From sequence record PV037725.1: a stretch of DNA of 64,000 nt; one strand, 5' to 3'. This document shows, one piece after another, positions 9,529 to 18,922 of the stretch. Positions within the stretch are counted from its first letter, which is position 1. Each line of letters starts with the position of its first letter. Below the pieces are notes generated by a model. It saw nothing but the letters and a program-made list of their open reading frames with translations, was not told the origin of the DNA and did no database searches. The position numbers and the translations under genes were made by a program.

Positions 9529-9914
9529 ACTTCCTAATCATCATACCGGACCAAGAGCACTTAGTGCAATTGGCCACCAATTTCAGGCAACAAAAAGAAG
9601 AAGAACTCGCTCTCATGAAAGATAGTCCTAATCAGGCTATCTATCTAGACATGGTTCGACTTAATAACAAAGGGATGATCCTGCGTAACTTTCAAGAGTA
9701 CGTTGTCTTATTGGTGAACGCGTATCATCGTGTGATGGATGACGATGAACTCATTGAAGATATTGCGGATGGTTCTATCGACCCTGATCTAGATGCGATC
9801 ATTAAATTAATCGCACACATCGAGCAACAAGAACCATGGGGTATGGTACTTAGTTTGATCCCAGTCGATATGAATGGCACAGTTGGAGCTATCATTACCA
9901 AGAAGCCAGAGTGA
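9525..9914 (+). CDS. hypothetical protein
   Basis: 129 aa ORF, ATGA overlap. Confidence 0.8.
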   Translation: MNFLIIIPDQEHLVQLATNFRQQKEEELALMKDSPNQAIYLDMVRLNNKGMILRNFQEYVVLLVNAYHRVMDDDELIEDIADGSIDPDLDAIIKLIAHIEQQEPWGMVLSLIPVDMNGTVGAIITKKPE

Positions 9915-9949
9915 CATCATATGAATCCTTAATCTAATGGTGTCGCTTC

Positions 9950-10354
9950 ATGAACCTTCAAGAAATCCCAGCAGGGACGGTAATCTCGTTTGAGGTATAT
10001 CCATCTGCACAATACGGTAACAACTTTCAATCGGTGACGCTGTTAGGTACGTACACAGCTAGCGTTGCACGTAAGTTAGGTTTCGATTATATCGCAGCCA
10101 ACCAGAACGTTTATCAAACGCTACCAGCTGGTACTCCGATCGATCCCACACAATACAACTACTTCGAAATTCAGTACCCTTCTGGGAATACTGAGATCTT
10201 GGGTTTCCCGTGGATTCGTGAAGGTACGCTTACGATCAACAATGGTAAGCGCCTAACAGTAGTCATCGATGATATTGATGAAACCGTTAAGGACCGAGTC
10301 ATTGCAGCTATTCTCGCGCAGAACGTTAAGCCTAGCTCCACCACCTTTGCCTGA
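9950..10354 (+). CDS. conserved core protein upstream of DNA polymerase (probable phiKZ gp49 equivalent)
   Basis: 134 aa ORF, biased codons; synteny. Confidence 0.65.
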   Translation: MNLQEIPAGTVISFEVYPSAQYGNNFQSVTLLGTYTASVARKLGFDYIAANQNVYQTLPAGTPIDPTQYNYFEIQYPSGNTEILGFPWIREGTLTINNGKRLTVVIDDIDETVKDRVIAAILAQNVKPSSTTFA

Positions 10355-10360
10355 CTAGAC

Positions 10361-10398
10361 GCCTCTCCTTCGGGAGAGGCTCTATGTCGTTTCTTTTT
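10361..10398 (+). terminator. hairpin terminator
   Basis: GCCTCTCC-TTCG-GGAGAGGC then T-rich tract. Confidence 0.8.
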
Positions 10399-10438
10399 TC
10401 TACTGGCCTCCCCTTAGTATGTATATTGGGAGACAATC

Positions 10439-12589
10439 ATGGAACTTAACACCGTTAAACCGAATCCGTTTTACCTTGACATTTCTGAATATAGTCGTGA
10501 TCTAGAGATCATTGATCCGATGCAACGCGATGCCGCTTTGTATTTGGCAGCCATGACTGGTGATGACCTTGATAAATGCTTAGCCTTCGTGCAAGCCGAG
10601 ACCAGCACCGGCGGTCAGTTCGAACTGACAGATCCAAAGACCATGGTTCTAGATAAGAACCGTCACGGTGATCGTGAGAAGAAGGTTGTTAAGTTCAGCC
10701 AGTTCTTGGGGCGCATCAAGAAGAACAAACTACTGTTGTCTCCATCGATGACAGTTTATATGCCCGAAGAAGTTCGTCAATCCACTCACGCTAAGTATAT
10801 TGAAGAAGGCGTAGCTAACCGTAAGAGGGTTAAGAAAGAACAACTCCGGTTGGAAGGTGAAGGTACTGTTGAAGCAACTGAACTTGCAGCTGTCCGAAAG
10901 GGTGAACAAGAGAACTTCAAAATTAACAATAACTCCTATTCAGGAGCAACCGTTAGTCAGGCCACCATCCTTTATTACAAGTCTACTCACTCGAGTCTGA
11001 CCTCTACATGCCGTACTGCAACTTCTTATGCTAACGCAAACAACGAGAAGTTCATCATGGGTAACCGTCACTACTATGCACTAGAAGTGACTAAAGCTAA
11101 TATGCTCAGTATCGCTAACATTACTGACTTGAAGCTGCTTAAGCAATGCATGGAAAAATTCAACATGCATTACCCAACCGCAGATGAAATCGTCGATATG
11201 GTTGTTTACTCGACCACTCACTATTTCCCAGCTGACATGGATCAGATCCGTCGATTGGCTGAAGGTCTGGGTCCACTCAAGCGTGCAGCTATTATGTACG
11301 TTGGGGATCTATATCACACTTACAAACATAACCCGGAACTGGTCCGTAGCTTCTTGACTGAGTTGGGTTCTCTGGGTACCCCAGAACAAGTAGTGTCTAA
11401 AGAGACCTACGGTACGTACGACAGTGACATGCAACTGTTGTCTAGTTTCTTGTGCTTCGAGTCTATTAAAGGTCGAAACAACGATAAGTTGGCTGAGGAA
11501 TCCCCAGAAGTCTTTGACCTGATCTACGCTACCGGTAACAACATCTCACAAGTGTTGAACAAGTACGTACTGTTCATCAAGGCTTTGTTCCTGACCAAGA
11601 ACGTGCCATCCAGTATCCATGCCTTCCCAACGGCCTATCGTCGTGCAGCAGTGATCTCAGACACTGACTCAACTATGTTTACCATGCAGTATTGGGTTGA
11701 GGAATTTTTCGGTCGTATTTGTTTTACCCCTGAGGCTAAGCGTCTAGTGTTCGCACTAGTGTTCTTGGTATCGGAAGTGGTAATGCACATTCTAGCATTG
11801 CAGTCTACTGCGATGGGTGTGACTGAGAAGAAGCTTCGTCTGCTGGCTATGAAGAACGAATACTACTTCGCTGTGCTGAGTTTGACCACACGGTCTAAAC
11901 ACTACTATGCTTCTCAGGATGCTCTGGAAGGTGTAATGTTTAACAAAGCCCGTATGGAAGTTAAAGGTGTTGGTCTGCGAGACTCTAAGGTACCACCTAA
12001 GGTAAACAAAGCAGCTAAGAAGATGATGGACCACATCATCACTCAGATCAAGGCTGAACAACCTCTGGACCTACCAGCTATGTTGCGTCAGATTGGTGAC
12101 ATCGAACGTGATATCATCAACAGCATCTTTGGTGGTAAAGCTGAATACTTGACCACAGGTAAAGTGAAACCAGCTAACGCATACAAAACTGAAGACAACG
12201 CTACATTCGCTAAGTACAAGTTCTGGAAAGAAGTATTCGAACCATCGTTTGGCTTCTTGGAAGAACCACCTTACTCGTTCGTTAAAGTATCGGTGACTAT
12301 TAAGAACCGTACGACCTTTGAAGCTTGGGTTGATACAATCGAAGACAAAGGTTTGGCTATGCGTTTGAAGAAATGGAAATTGGATAACCCTAAGAAGAAG
12401 GGTATCACTAACTTCCACGTACCAATGTCTGTGGTTGAGAACCACGGCATTCCAGATGTAATCAGTCGTGTGGCAGACGTACGCACGGTAATCGCAAACA
12501 CGATGGGTTCATTCTACCTACTCATGGAATCCTTGGGCATCATGCTGTTGGATAAGAAGAACACCCGTCTCATCTCGGACTTTTATTAA
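10439..12589 (+). CDS. split family-B DNA polymerase, catalytic (motif B/C) subunit, phiKZ gp50-like
   Basis: Motif B FKINNNSYSGA, motif C VISDTDST, downstream KxY and EVKGV motifs. Confidence 0.9.
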   Translation: MELNTVKPNPFYLDISEYSRDLEIIDPMQRDAALYLAAMTGDDLDKCLAFVQAETSTGGQFELTDPKTMVLDKNRHGDREKKVVKFSQFLGRIKKNKLLLSPSMTVYMPEEVRQSTHAKYIEEGVANRKRVKKEQLRLEGEGTVEATELAAVRKGEQENFKINNNSYSGATVSQATILYYKSTHSSLTSTCRTATSYANANNEKFIMGNRHYYALEVTKANMLSIANITDLKLLKQCMEKFNMHYPTADEIVDMVVYSTTHYFPADMDQIRRLAEGLGPLKRAAIMYVGDLYHTYKHNPELVRSFLTELGSLGTPEQVVSKETYGTYDSDMQLLSSFLCFESIKGRNNDKLAEESPEVFDLIYATGNNISQVLNKYVLFIKALFLTKNVPSSIHAFPTAYRRAAVISDTDSTMFTMQYWVEEFFGRICFTPEAKRLVFALVFLVSEVVMHILALQSTAMGVTEKKLRLLAMKNEYYFAVLSLTTRSKHYYASQDALEGVMFNKARMEVKGVGLRDSKVPPKVNKAAKKMMDHIITQIKAEQPLDLPAMLRQIGDIERDIINSIFGGKAEYLTTGKVKPANAYKTEDNATFAKYKFWKEVFEPSFGFLEEPPYSFVKVSVTIKNRTTFEAWVDTIEDKGLAMRLKKWKLDNPKKKGITNFHVPMSVVENHGIPDVISRVADVRTVIANTMGSFYLLMESLGIMLLDKKNTRLISDFY

Positions 12590-12765
12590 TGACAACTGAA
12601 CGACTAATAAACGATCTAATCGAATCACTGGAAGCACCCATTACCCCACACACTACGATCACTAAGGTGATTAAGGTGTTAGAGTTCCTGAGGGATGAAC
12701 CTTACGAACTCATGGGGTTAACTGAAGCTGGTATCTCCGATGTGATTCATCGACTGATTGAATAG
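12589..12765 (+). CDS. small hypothetical protein (58 aa, not in ORF track)
   Basis: TAATG coupling; MTTERLINDLIESLEAP...RLIE*. Confidence 0.6.
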   Translation: MTTERLINDLIESLEAPITPHTTITKVIKVLEFLRDEPYELMGLTEAGISDVIHRLIE

Positions 12766-12770
12766 AAACC

Positions 12771-12790
12771 GTTTCAGATTTATATCATGA
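12771..12790 (+). promoter_or_regulatory. early promoter
   Basis: GTTTCAGATTTATATCATGA. Confidence 0.75.
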
Positions 12791-12818
12791 TTGGGATATC
12801 AACCAAAGGTACCCAATC

Positions 12819-13034
12819 ATGATTACTGTAATGTTTAAAATGCCAGATGGTCCACCGGTTAATGTGGTTGTAGCTAATCACGATGACTTGTTGGAGCTGT
12901 GCAATGCATTCGAAGATTCACATTTAGTGCAAGCATACACGATCAGTGAACCGCTACGTATCGTACATACCGTCGAGGTCTACGGTTGGCGTGAACATAG
13001 TTTCCCTAAATTCAAATATATCCAGGAGTTCTAA
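12819..13034 (+). CDS. small hypothetical protein
   Basis: 71 aa ORF after the early promoter. Confidence 0.75.
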   Translation: MITVMFKMPDGPPVNVVVANHDDLLELCNAFEDSHLVQAYTISEPLRIVHTVEVYGWREHSFPKFKYIQEF

Positions 13035-13414
13035 TGGATACGGTTCAAACAAGTAATAAGTGGCTGTGGCGCGTTGGTGATCAGGGTACCGTGGTATACA
13101 ACGTACAGCCCAACGCCGATTACGGTACAACTAAAGACAAGGTGTATCCGGCAACTATCATTCGCGCTAGTGGTTGGAGTGCAGACTTTCAACTCGTTGA
13201 TGATTTAGGTCGTGAGAAAGTTGAAAGTTCTGATCGCAACAATGACCGTGACGGGTTTGAGAGTTTCACTGTAACGATGAGTCGTGTGGATTATAATTCG
13301 CGGTGTAATGAATACCATACCGCACAGATTAAGACCCTCACTGACAAATTTGAACTGGATCTCAAAGAACTCGAACGTCAACATAGTGAACGTTGGAGGC
13401 ACGGTAACTCATGA
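13034..13414 (+). CDS. hypothetical protein (beta-barrel-like N-terminus, C-terminal coiled coil)
   Basis: 126 aa ORF, TAATG coupling. Confidence 0.75.
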   Translation: MDTVQTSNKWLWRVGDQGTVVYNVQPNADYGTTKDKVYPATIIRASGWSADFQLVDDLGREKVESSDRNNDRDGFESFTVTMSRVDYNSRCNEYHTAQIKTLTDKFELDLKELERQHSERWRHGNS

Positions 13415-15114
13415 GTAGTGTGATCCCTAAAGATCGTACAGGTATGGTTCGCCATCCTTTTAAATTGGACTGCTGGATTCCAGGTGAGCCCAGTGGTCAT
13501 AAGAACCTGTGTAACGAGATCCCAATCGGTGAAATGATGGAATGTACTCTAGGTAAACCTGATCTGTCAGCACTCACACATAACCACCTCACCCAGATTC
13601 AAATGGAACTCTGGAACAATCGTGGTGGTGGTCCTGAAGGGAAGATCATCAATTCTTTCTATTCGGGTGCGACACCAGACCAGTTGATGTCGAGTAAGGA
13701 AGTTCAGGATCATACCGATGACCTTATCCATTATCTCGGTGACGCAAAGAAAGCCTCGGACTACATTGATCGTGAGTTAGAAGCTTACGAACGGCGAACC
13801 AAGGAATCATTGGCAGAACGACTCGCTGAACATCCATATGAGATGCCTGCGCCCAAGGCCACTATGGAGGTCTACAATGAAGTCTCACTGGATTGGAAGA
13901 CCCAGATCTACAATAACGTAGTGAAACGGTTTGGTGGTCAACCCGCAATGTATCTTCAGGGTATCACCAAAGATACCAATCTCCCAGAACAGGCAGTCGT
14001 TGAATTCGCTGACGTGGTTATTAAAGAACACGACAACGATCCAAGACTCGCAGCTGACGTACTCAAAACATACCTCACTGAACACATCACCATGATGTCG
14101 TCCATGATGTTGAACAACGCACTTAAAGAAAAAGGTCTAATGGACCAACTCACCAAGGTAACGGATAACATGATCGAACAAGTCAACACCAAAGGCATCG
14201 CTAACGAAGAACTGATTAAACTGATTGAAGGCGCAGATGGTGAAAAGGGACCCGCTGGTCCACCTGCACTAGTTGATTTCGACGGTGACAGCACACGTCG
14301 CCCTAAGCGTAAGAAGTCCAAACGTAAGTCGCAACACATTCCGAACATGAAGACTGCCTCGGTTAAGCGTGCACTGGGTGCTTCGATCCTGCACATGCTC
14401 GGTACTGTACAACGTGAGACTCAAGACGCACATAAACGCGCTCTGTTGAAAGAGATCCCAGCAGCTGACCTGATTGAAATGGCTTCCGGTGAGAAGATCC
14501 CTGACTACCAAGCCAACCTGATCAACTCGTGGCAAGCCAAGGCTGATCCAGAAGCACCGATCGTTAAGCGTATGACATCAGCGGAGTACGAAGCTAAACT
14601 GGACGCCTCGCTAGCTGAACATATCAGTCCAGAACTGCTACCTGACGGCATTACCGAAGAACAACACGCTGAGGTAGTAGCCAACACCAAGACTCTCTTC
14701 ATGGATAAGTTCAATAACGGTGAAGCTCGTCTCCCAACGATAGCTGTTGACCTGGTGGGTGGTAGTCTCGACGGTAAGATCTACGACGTCAGTATCAAAG
14801 TTGATGACACCGATAAATACTTCCTGCACTATGAGAAGTTCACCGAGCTGGCTGCCGATGAATTGGAAGTAGCTATCAAGTACGTCCAAGACCGCATCGA
14901 GGCTGCGTTCTGGGATGGTCTACAACAAACCATTTTGGACTTCCTGCCAGTACAGTACGCTGAATGGAAAGAGAAGTTCACTACCGATGAGATCCTTGAG
15001 TTGATCTACAAGTTGGTCACCGGTTATACCGCGGGTTACACTCAAGCCTTTATCCACAAAGAACACAATGACCGTAAAGCAACTGAAGTAGTTCAGGCTG
15101 CTGATCTCGGTTAA
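13411..15114 (+). CDS. large hypothetical protein with an internal basic patch
   Basis: 567 aa ORF, ATGA overlap. Confidence 0.85.
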   Translation: MSSVIPKDRTGMVRHPFKLDCWIPGEPSGHKNLCNEIPIGEMMECTLGKPDLSALTHNHLTQIQMELWNNRGGGPEGKIINSFYSGATPDQLMSSKEVQDHTDDLIHYLGDAKKASDYIDRELEAYERRTKESLAERLAEHPYEMPAPKATMEVYNEVSLDWKTQIYNNVVKRFGGQPAMYLQGITKDTNLPEQAVVEFADVVIKEHDNDPRLAADVLKTYLTEHITMMSSMMLNNALKEKGLMDQLTKVTDNMIEQVNTKGIANEELIKLIEGADGEKGPAGPPALVDFDGDSTRRPKRKKSKRKSQHIPNMKTASVKRALGASILHMLGTVQRETQDAHKRALLKEIPAADLIEMASGEKIPDYQANLINSWQAKADPEAPIVKRMTSAEYEAKLDASLAEHISPELLPDGITEEQHAEVVANTKTLFMDKFNNGEARLPTIAVDLVGGSLDGKIYDVSIKVDDTDKYFLHYEKFTELAADELEVAIKYVQDRIEAAFWDGLQQTILDFLPVQYAEWKEKFTTDEILELIYKLVTGYTAGYTQAFIHKEHNDRKATEVVQAADLG

Positions 15115-15120
15115 TTCAAT

Positions 15121-15147
15121 AGCCCCTCTTCGGAGGGGCCTTTATGC
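15121..15147 (+). terminator. hairpin terminator (repeat family)
   Basis: GCCCCTC-TTCG-GAGGGGC-CTTTATG. Confidence 0.75.
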
Positions 15148-15159
15148 CCTAGGAGCTAA

Positions 15160-15390
15160 GTGATGATCATACCAAGTGCGGCGACCCTCGCTTTTGCACA
15201 GGCGATTAATAATGACAACGTCATTGAAGTTTTAAAAGACGTTCGTAAGAAATCACGTGGTGTTGATAAGATCGCAATTATCCGAAGAGTTATTGTCGGT
15301 GATGCTATTACCACAGTTTTCACGTTCTGGTTTAAAGGGTATAACGGTAAACAAACCGCACGTTATACCTACTCGATGGAGTCAAACTGA
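15160..15390 (+). CDS. hypothetical protein
   Basis: 76 aa ORF, SD AGGAG. Confidence 0.65.
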   Translation: MMIIPSAATLAFAQAINNDNVIEVLKDVRKKSRGVDKIAIIRRVIVGDAITTVFTFWFKGYNGKQTARYTYSMESN

Positions 15391-15839
15391 TGCCACCACG
15401 TATAGTTCGTCATCTCATTGCTAACCTACGCCGACACTATAACCTACATGGTACAGATATCTTAGCTTGCTATGATACCGGACTTGTAGCGTTGTTTGAT
15501 CGTCACGCTATCGATCTGGAATACGCTACAGTATCGGTAAGTCCTTCTCATTGGCGTGAGCTTTCAGCTAAGTTAGATGAAGATGCACATGTAAAACATC
15601 CAGGTAGCGGTGTACCGTGCTTGAAGCTGTTTGGCAAGTTGTATGTGCGCGCAGAAGCCCGTGTGGGGGATATGGACGTTGAGTGGTCTAATGTGACACT
15701 CTGCTATACCCCAACTGCTCGCTACCTCCGTGATAGCTTTGAACGCATCCTGATGGGTTCTCGGATTACACGTGCACAAATGGATCATGCTAATAGCCTG
15801 ATCTCCAAAACCATGGGCATTATGAGTAGAAAACTATGA
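15390..15839 (+). CDS. hypothetical protein
   Basis: 149 aa ORF, TGATG coupling. Confidence 0.75.
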   Translation: MPPRIVRHLIANLRRHYNLHGTDILACYDTGLVALFDRHAIDLEYATVSVSPSHWRELSAKLDEDAHVKHPGSGVPCLKLFGKLYVRAEARVGDMDVEWSNVTLCYTPTARYLRDSFERILMGSRITRAQMDHANSLISKTMGIMSRKL

Positions 15840-16162
15840 CCACCGATAACCTGATGCAGAAACCCATTTGGCGATTGAACCTCAAGTCTATCGTCAAAGG
15901 TCGTAAACGTGGTGGTGTTCACGCAATGGTTGTCATTGCAGCTACTGAAGCCGAAGCTCGTGAATTGGGTGCACAAAGCACCGTCGATCACCACGATAAT
16001 GAACAGTTTATACAAGGCTACATCGATCCCGATCAAACTGACTGTGTGATCATTGGATATTCTGCACCAGGTGCAGACTCGACAGTAGTTGTGGTTGATT
16101 ACGACTATGACTATGATGAAGTTAAATACGATTGGGTTAAAGTAAAAGAAGGGGCTAACTAA
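15836..16162 (+). CDS. small phage protein, VV(I/S)A...IG family copy 1
   Basis: AMVVIAATEAEAR...CVIIGY motif. Confidence 0.75.
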   Translation: MTTDNLMQKPIWRLNLKSIVKGRKRGGVHAMVVIAATEAEARELGAQSTVDHHDNEQFIQGYIDPDQTDCVIIGYSAPGADSTVVVVDYDYDYDEVKYDWVKVKEGAN

Positions 16163-16353
16163 TGCAACAGACTTTCGATGAGATCTTGCAAGACTGCATC
16201 AAACTGCGTCGTGATAAAAAGGCTGAAGTGAAGAGCACTATCACGAAAGAAGAACTCGATGCTATTCATCGCCGCCAAAACTTCGAACAAACGTTTATGT
16301 TCAACACTATCCACGGTCGTATGGGGAGTAAAGATAATGTACTTGCACGCTAA
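16162..16353 (+). CDS. hypothetical protein
   Basis: 63 aa ORF, TAATG coupling. Confidence 0.65.
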   Translation: MQQTFDEILQDCIKLRRDKKAEVKSTITKEELDAIHRRQNFEQTFMFNTIHGRMGSKDNVLAR

Positions 16354-16434
16354 TCAACTACGTACGATTCGTGGTAACCTGCTGGACTTCATTCTGGCTA
16401 ATTCAGTTACGATCATCTTACCGAGTAAGTAACC

Positions 16435-16713
16435 ATGGAACAAACGTCACTCAAAGAAATCCGAGCTGAACTAAATGCGCGTGAGTGTGCTTATCTAGAA
16501 CATCATCTGCATTTTGAACATATCCAACCGGGTCAGGGTGGCGAATTTGATACCACGGATTACACCCCGACTGAACTGCAACGTGCGAAAGATCGCCTTG
16601 ACCGCATAAATGCCATGATGCAAAATTGGCATGTTGGTTCCAAGGCATGGTACATTCAAGAAATCGCGGTAATCGCCCATTATAAAGAAGAGGATATGGA
16701 ACATGTGGAATAA
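16435..16713 (+). CDS. hypothetical protein
   Basis: 92 aa ORF. Confidence 0.7.
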   Translation: MEQTSLKEIRAELNARECAYLEHHLHFEHIQPGQGGEFDTTDYTPTELQRAKDRLDRINAMMQNWHVGSKAWYIQEIAVIAHYKEEDMEHVE

Positions 16714-17062
16714 ACCGTTGACTGTGGAAGCGCCGGTCGAAGTAGTCGTACCGCGCCCAGCCACACGTAAAGTTTACAAGCCCGAAGAAACCAGTATTAC
16801 TTTCGTTCGTAATGAGCGTCCTGATATTGACTATAAAGGTTATGCCGCTTATCTCTTTCAGTTCGACTATGTAACTGAACCGGGTGATAAGGAAGTCTAT
16901 CAGGCGATCATCTCAGCTGTCACAATGGATGAAGCGATTGCTACATTTGTTGCTGATTCAGTGCGTGGTGATGACTGGTATGTCGACGCCAAGTATACCG
17001 TCGAAGTAATCGGCATTGACTTGAATCCAAAGAGACATTCAAAATGGCTAATGGTAGTTTGA
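16703..17062 (+). CDS. paralog family copy 2
   Basis: AIISAVTMDEAI...VEVIGIDL. Confidence 0.75.
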   Translation: MWNKPLTVEAPVEVVVPRPATRKVYKPEETSITFVRNERPDIDYKGYAAYLFQFDYVTEPGDKEVYQAIISAVTMDEAIATFVADSVRGDDWYVDAKYTVEVIGIDLNPKRHSKWLMVV

Positions 17063-17385
17063 ATATTGTAAAAAAGGTTGTTGATCGTGATGACCCGAAG
17101 GAGTTTAATTGGTGGAAGCTAGAGATTAATGATAGCCGAAAGATCCCTGGTCTCCAAAAGAATTACATCTGGCATCTATCTAACGAAGGTGCTGAATACG
17201 ATACGCATGATGGTTTTGTAGTGTCTGCCCCCGACTACGATATGGCCTGGGCTTTGGCGTGTGGTCGGGGTAGGTTGCATGATTGTGCGTATGACACGGA
17301 CATTCCATGGATCGTAGAGTTGGTCGGTATCGATCTATCGCCAGAAGGTAATCGTGTTATTGAATCTTCATTCAGGGCGGGTTAG
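17044..17385 (+). CDS. paralog family copy 3
   Basis: YDTHDGFVVSAPDYD...VELVGIDLSPEGNRVIESSFRAG. Confidence 0.8.
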   Translation: MANGSLNIVKKVVDRDDPKEFNWWKLEINDSRKIPGLQKNYIWHLSNEGAEYDTHDGFVVSAPDYDMAWALACGRGRLHDCAYDTDIPWIVELVGIDLSPEGNRVIESSFRAG

Positions 17386-17391
17386 CTCGCC

Positions 17392-17688
17392 ATGGATAGA
17401 CGATCAATTGCTGAGCGTGATGAATCAAAAATCGACAATTGGGACGAGCGACGAGATGACCTGCAACGCAGATACATTGAGAAGGTAAAGATTCCAGAGT
17501 TCTTTAATAAGTACCAAGGCGAGGTATTTAGTGAAGGGTTACTGTATCTGTTGCAACAACATCTTGGTGACTATAAACGTCGTCAAGGTTGTGACTACTA
17601 TACGCTCGATGCACGTTGGTCAGACAGCAGTCAGTCAAGCATAAGTATTCTTTACAATGATCAAGTCATCTGTACACTGACCGATTAA
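17392..17688 (+). CDS. hypothetical protein
   Basis: 98 aa ORF. Confidence 0.7.
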   Translation: MDRRSIAERDESKIDNWDERRDDLQRRYIEKVKIPEFFNKYQGEVFSEGLLYLLQQHLGDYKRRQGCDYYTLDARWSDSSQSSISILYNDQVICTLTD

Positions 17689-17704
17689 AAGGTAACCTAT
17701 TTAC

Positions 17705-18076
17705 ATGGACACTTCATTTCTAACACCTACTACAAAGCAGTTCAAGTGGCGCGCAGGTAACAATGATGGTAGTTGGCGGTCTATCCACGTGGATGACCTT
17801 CTACGTAATCCTAAAGAAGGTGAGGTTAATCATAACTTCATCTGGGAAGTCAGGGTTGTGTGGAATCCCGTTGAGTATGACGATATACCGTGGGAGGTCT
17901 ACACTGGGTTTACTATCTCAGCTGATGATTATGACACTGTCTGGAAACAGATCTGTAAGTTCACAGACTTGAACGATCATGACTATGACGACGCCGTATT
18001 CAACATCCGTTTGATCGGTGTCGATCTGACGAGTGAGGGTAACCGCATTATCAACACTTCCTATAAAGGTGGCTAG
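17705..18076 (+). CDS. paralog family copy 4
   Basis: GFTISADDYD...IRLIGVDLTSEGNRIINTSYKGG. Confidence 0.8.
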   Translation: MDTSFLTPTTKQFKWRAGNNDGSWRSIHVDDLLRNPKEGEVNHNFIWEVRVVWNPVEYDDIPWEVYTGFTISADDYDTVWKQICKFTDLNDHDYDDAVFNIRLIGVDLTSEGNRIINTSYKGG

Positions 18077-18077
18077 T

Positions 18078-18539
18078 ATGACAGATGTAACAGTAAGTCG
18101 ACTGTGGGAGATCTATCAGGACATTGGTCGGTCTAATGCCGGTGCTGAACTGACTGGTGAACAAAAGGCGCAACTCGTGGTTGATCTACGTGAGGCTGCC
18201 GCCAAACTGGAAGAGCAGTTGTCAACACACCACAAGACGGAGCATGTTATCCGAGGGGGTGATGTCGTGTACGTCGAATGCCTCGGTGAGCGTGTAGTAT
18301 CTGAGTTGGATGCACTCTGGTCAGTTAAGGTTAATCGGGATACGCTGGAACCAAGTAGCGTTGATACCAACTTCGTTATCTCTGCACCCAGCTATGCTAA
18401 GGTACTGGAATTAGTGTTGCCAGTACTCGGTAAAGACCACGATGACTACGCTGATAGTCATTGGACGGTAGAGCCAATCGGTCTCGACACCCGTAAAGAC
18501 ACCAGTGACAAATACGTACTCTCTGTGGGTTCGTGGTAA
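18078..18539 (+). CDS. paralog family copy 5 (with extra N-terminal helical region)
   Basis: NFVISAPSY...TVEPIGLD. Confidence 0.75.
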   Translation: MTDVTVSRLWEIYQDIGRSNAGAELTGEQKAQLVVDLREAAAKLEEQLSTHHKTEHVIRGGDVVYVECLGERVVSELDALWSVKVNRDTLEPSSVDTNFVISAPSYAKVLELVLPVLGKDHDDYADSHWTVEPIGLDTRKDTSDKYVLSVGSW

Positions 18540-18561
18540 GACAACATACTGAGGATTTATA

Positions 18562-18879
18562 ATGCCGGTTAATGAGTTGAGTGAAATCGAACATCTGGGT
18601 AATAAGTATCTTTTGTTTGATGATACGGTTGCAGTGTCAAATGAAGCGGCCAAAGGTATCTATCGTATCATTAACGAGGGTGTGCCAAAAACTGAAGGTC
18701 CACCTTATATTGACTACGAATGCGTCGTCGAAGTTATGCTATCTGCTGAATCATTTAAGGCCGCTGTTGACGAATTCCATCATACCTACCGCGTACAACT
18801 GGGTGCGTTACACACAGTTGAGTTTATTGGTAATGACCTCAGGCATACCACCGAAGACCCAGGTTTGATGTATAAATAG
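18562..18879 (+). CDS. hypothetical protein
   Basis: 105 aa ORF, SD GAGGA. Confidence 0.75.
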   Translation: MPVNELSEIEHLGNKYLLFDDTVAVSNEAAKGIYRIINEGVPKTEGPPYIDYECVVEVMLSAESFKAAVDEFHHTYRVQLGALHTVEFIGNDLRHTTEDPGLMYK

Positions 18880-18889
18880 TAAAAAACGA

Positions 18890-18922
18890 CATATTGCCCC
18901 TCCGTAATGGAGGGGCTTTATT
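18890..18922. terminator. bidirectional hairpin terminator (repeat family)
   Basis: CATATTGCCCCTCC-GTAAT-GGAGGGGCTTTA between convergent genes. Confidence 0.8.

Noticed and set aside
16098-16121. GACTAT repeat encoding DYDYDYDE
   Set aside because: Short low-complexity tail with no evidence of phase variation or function.
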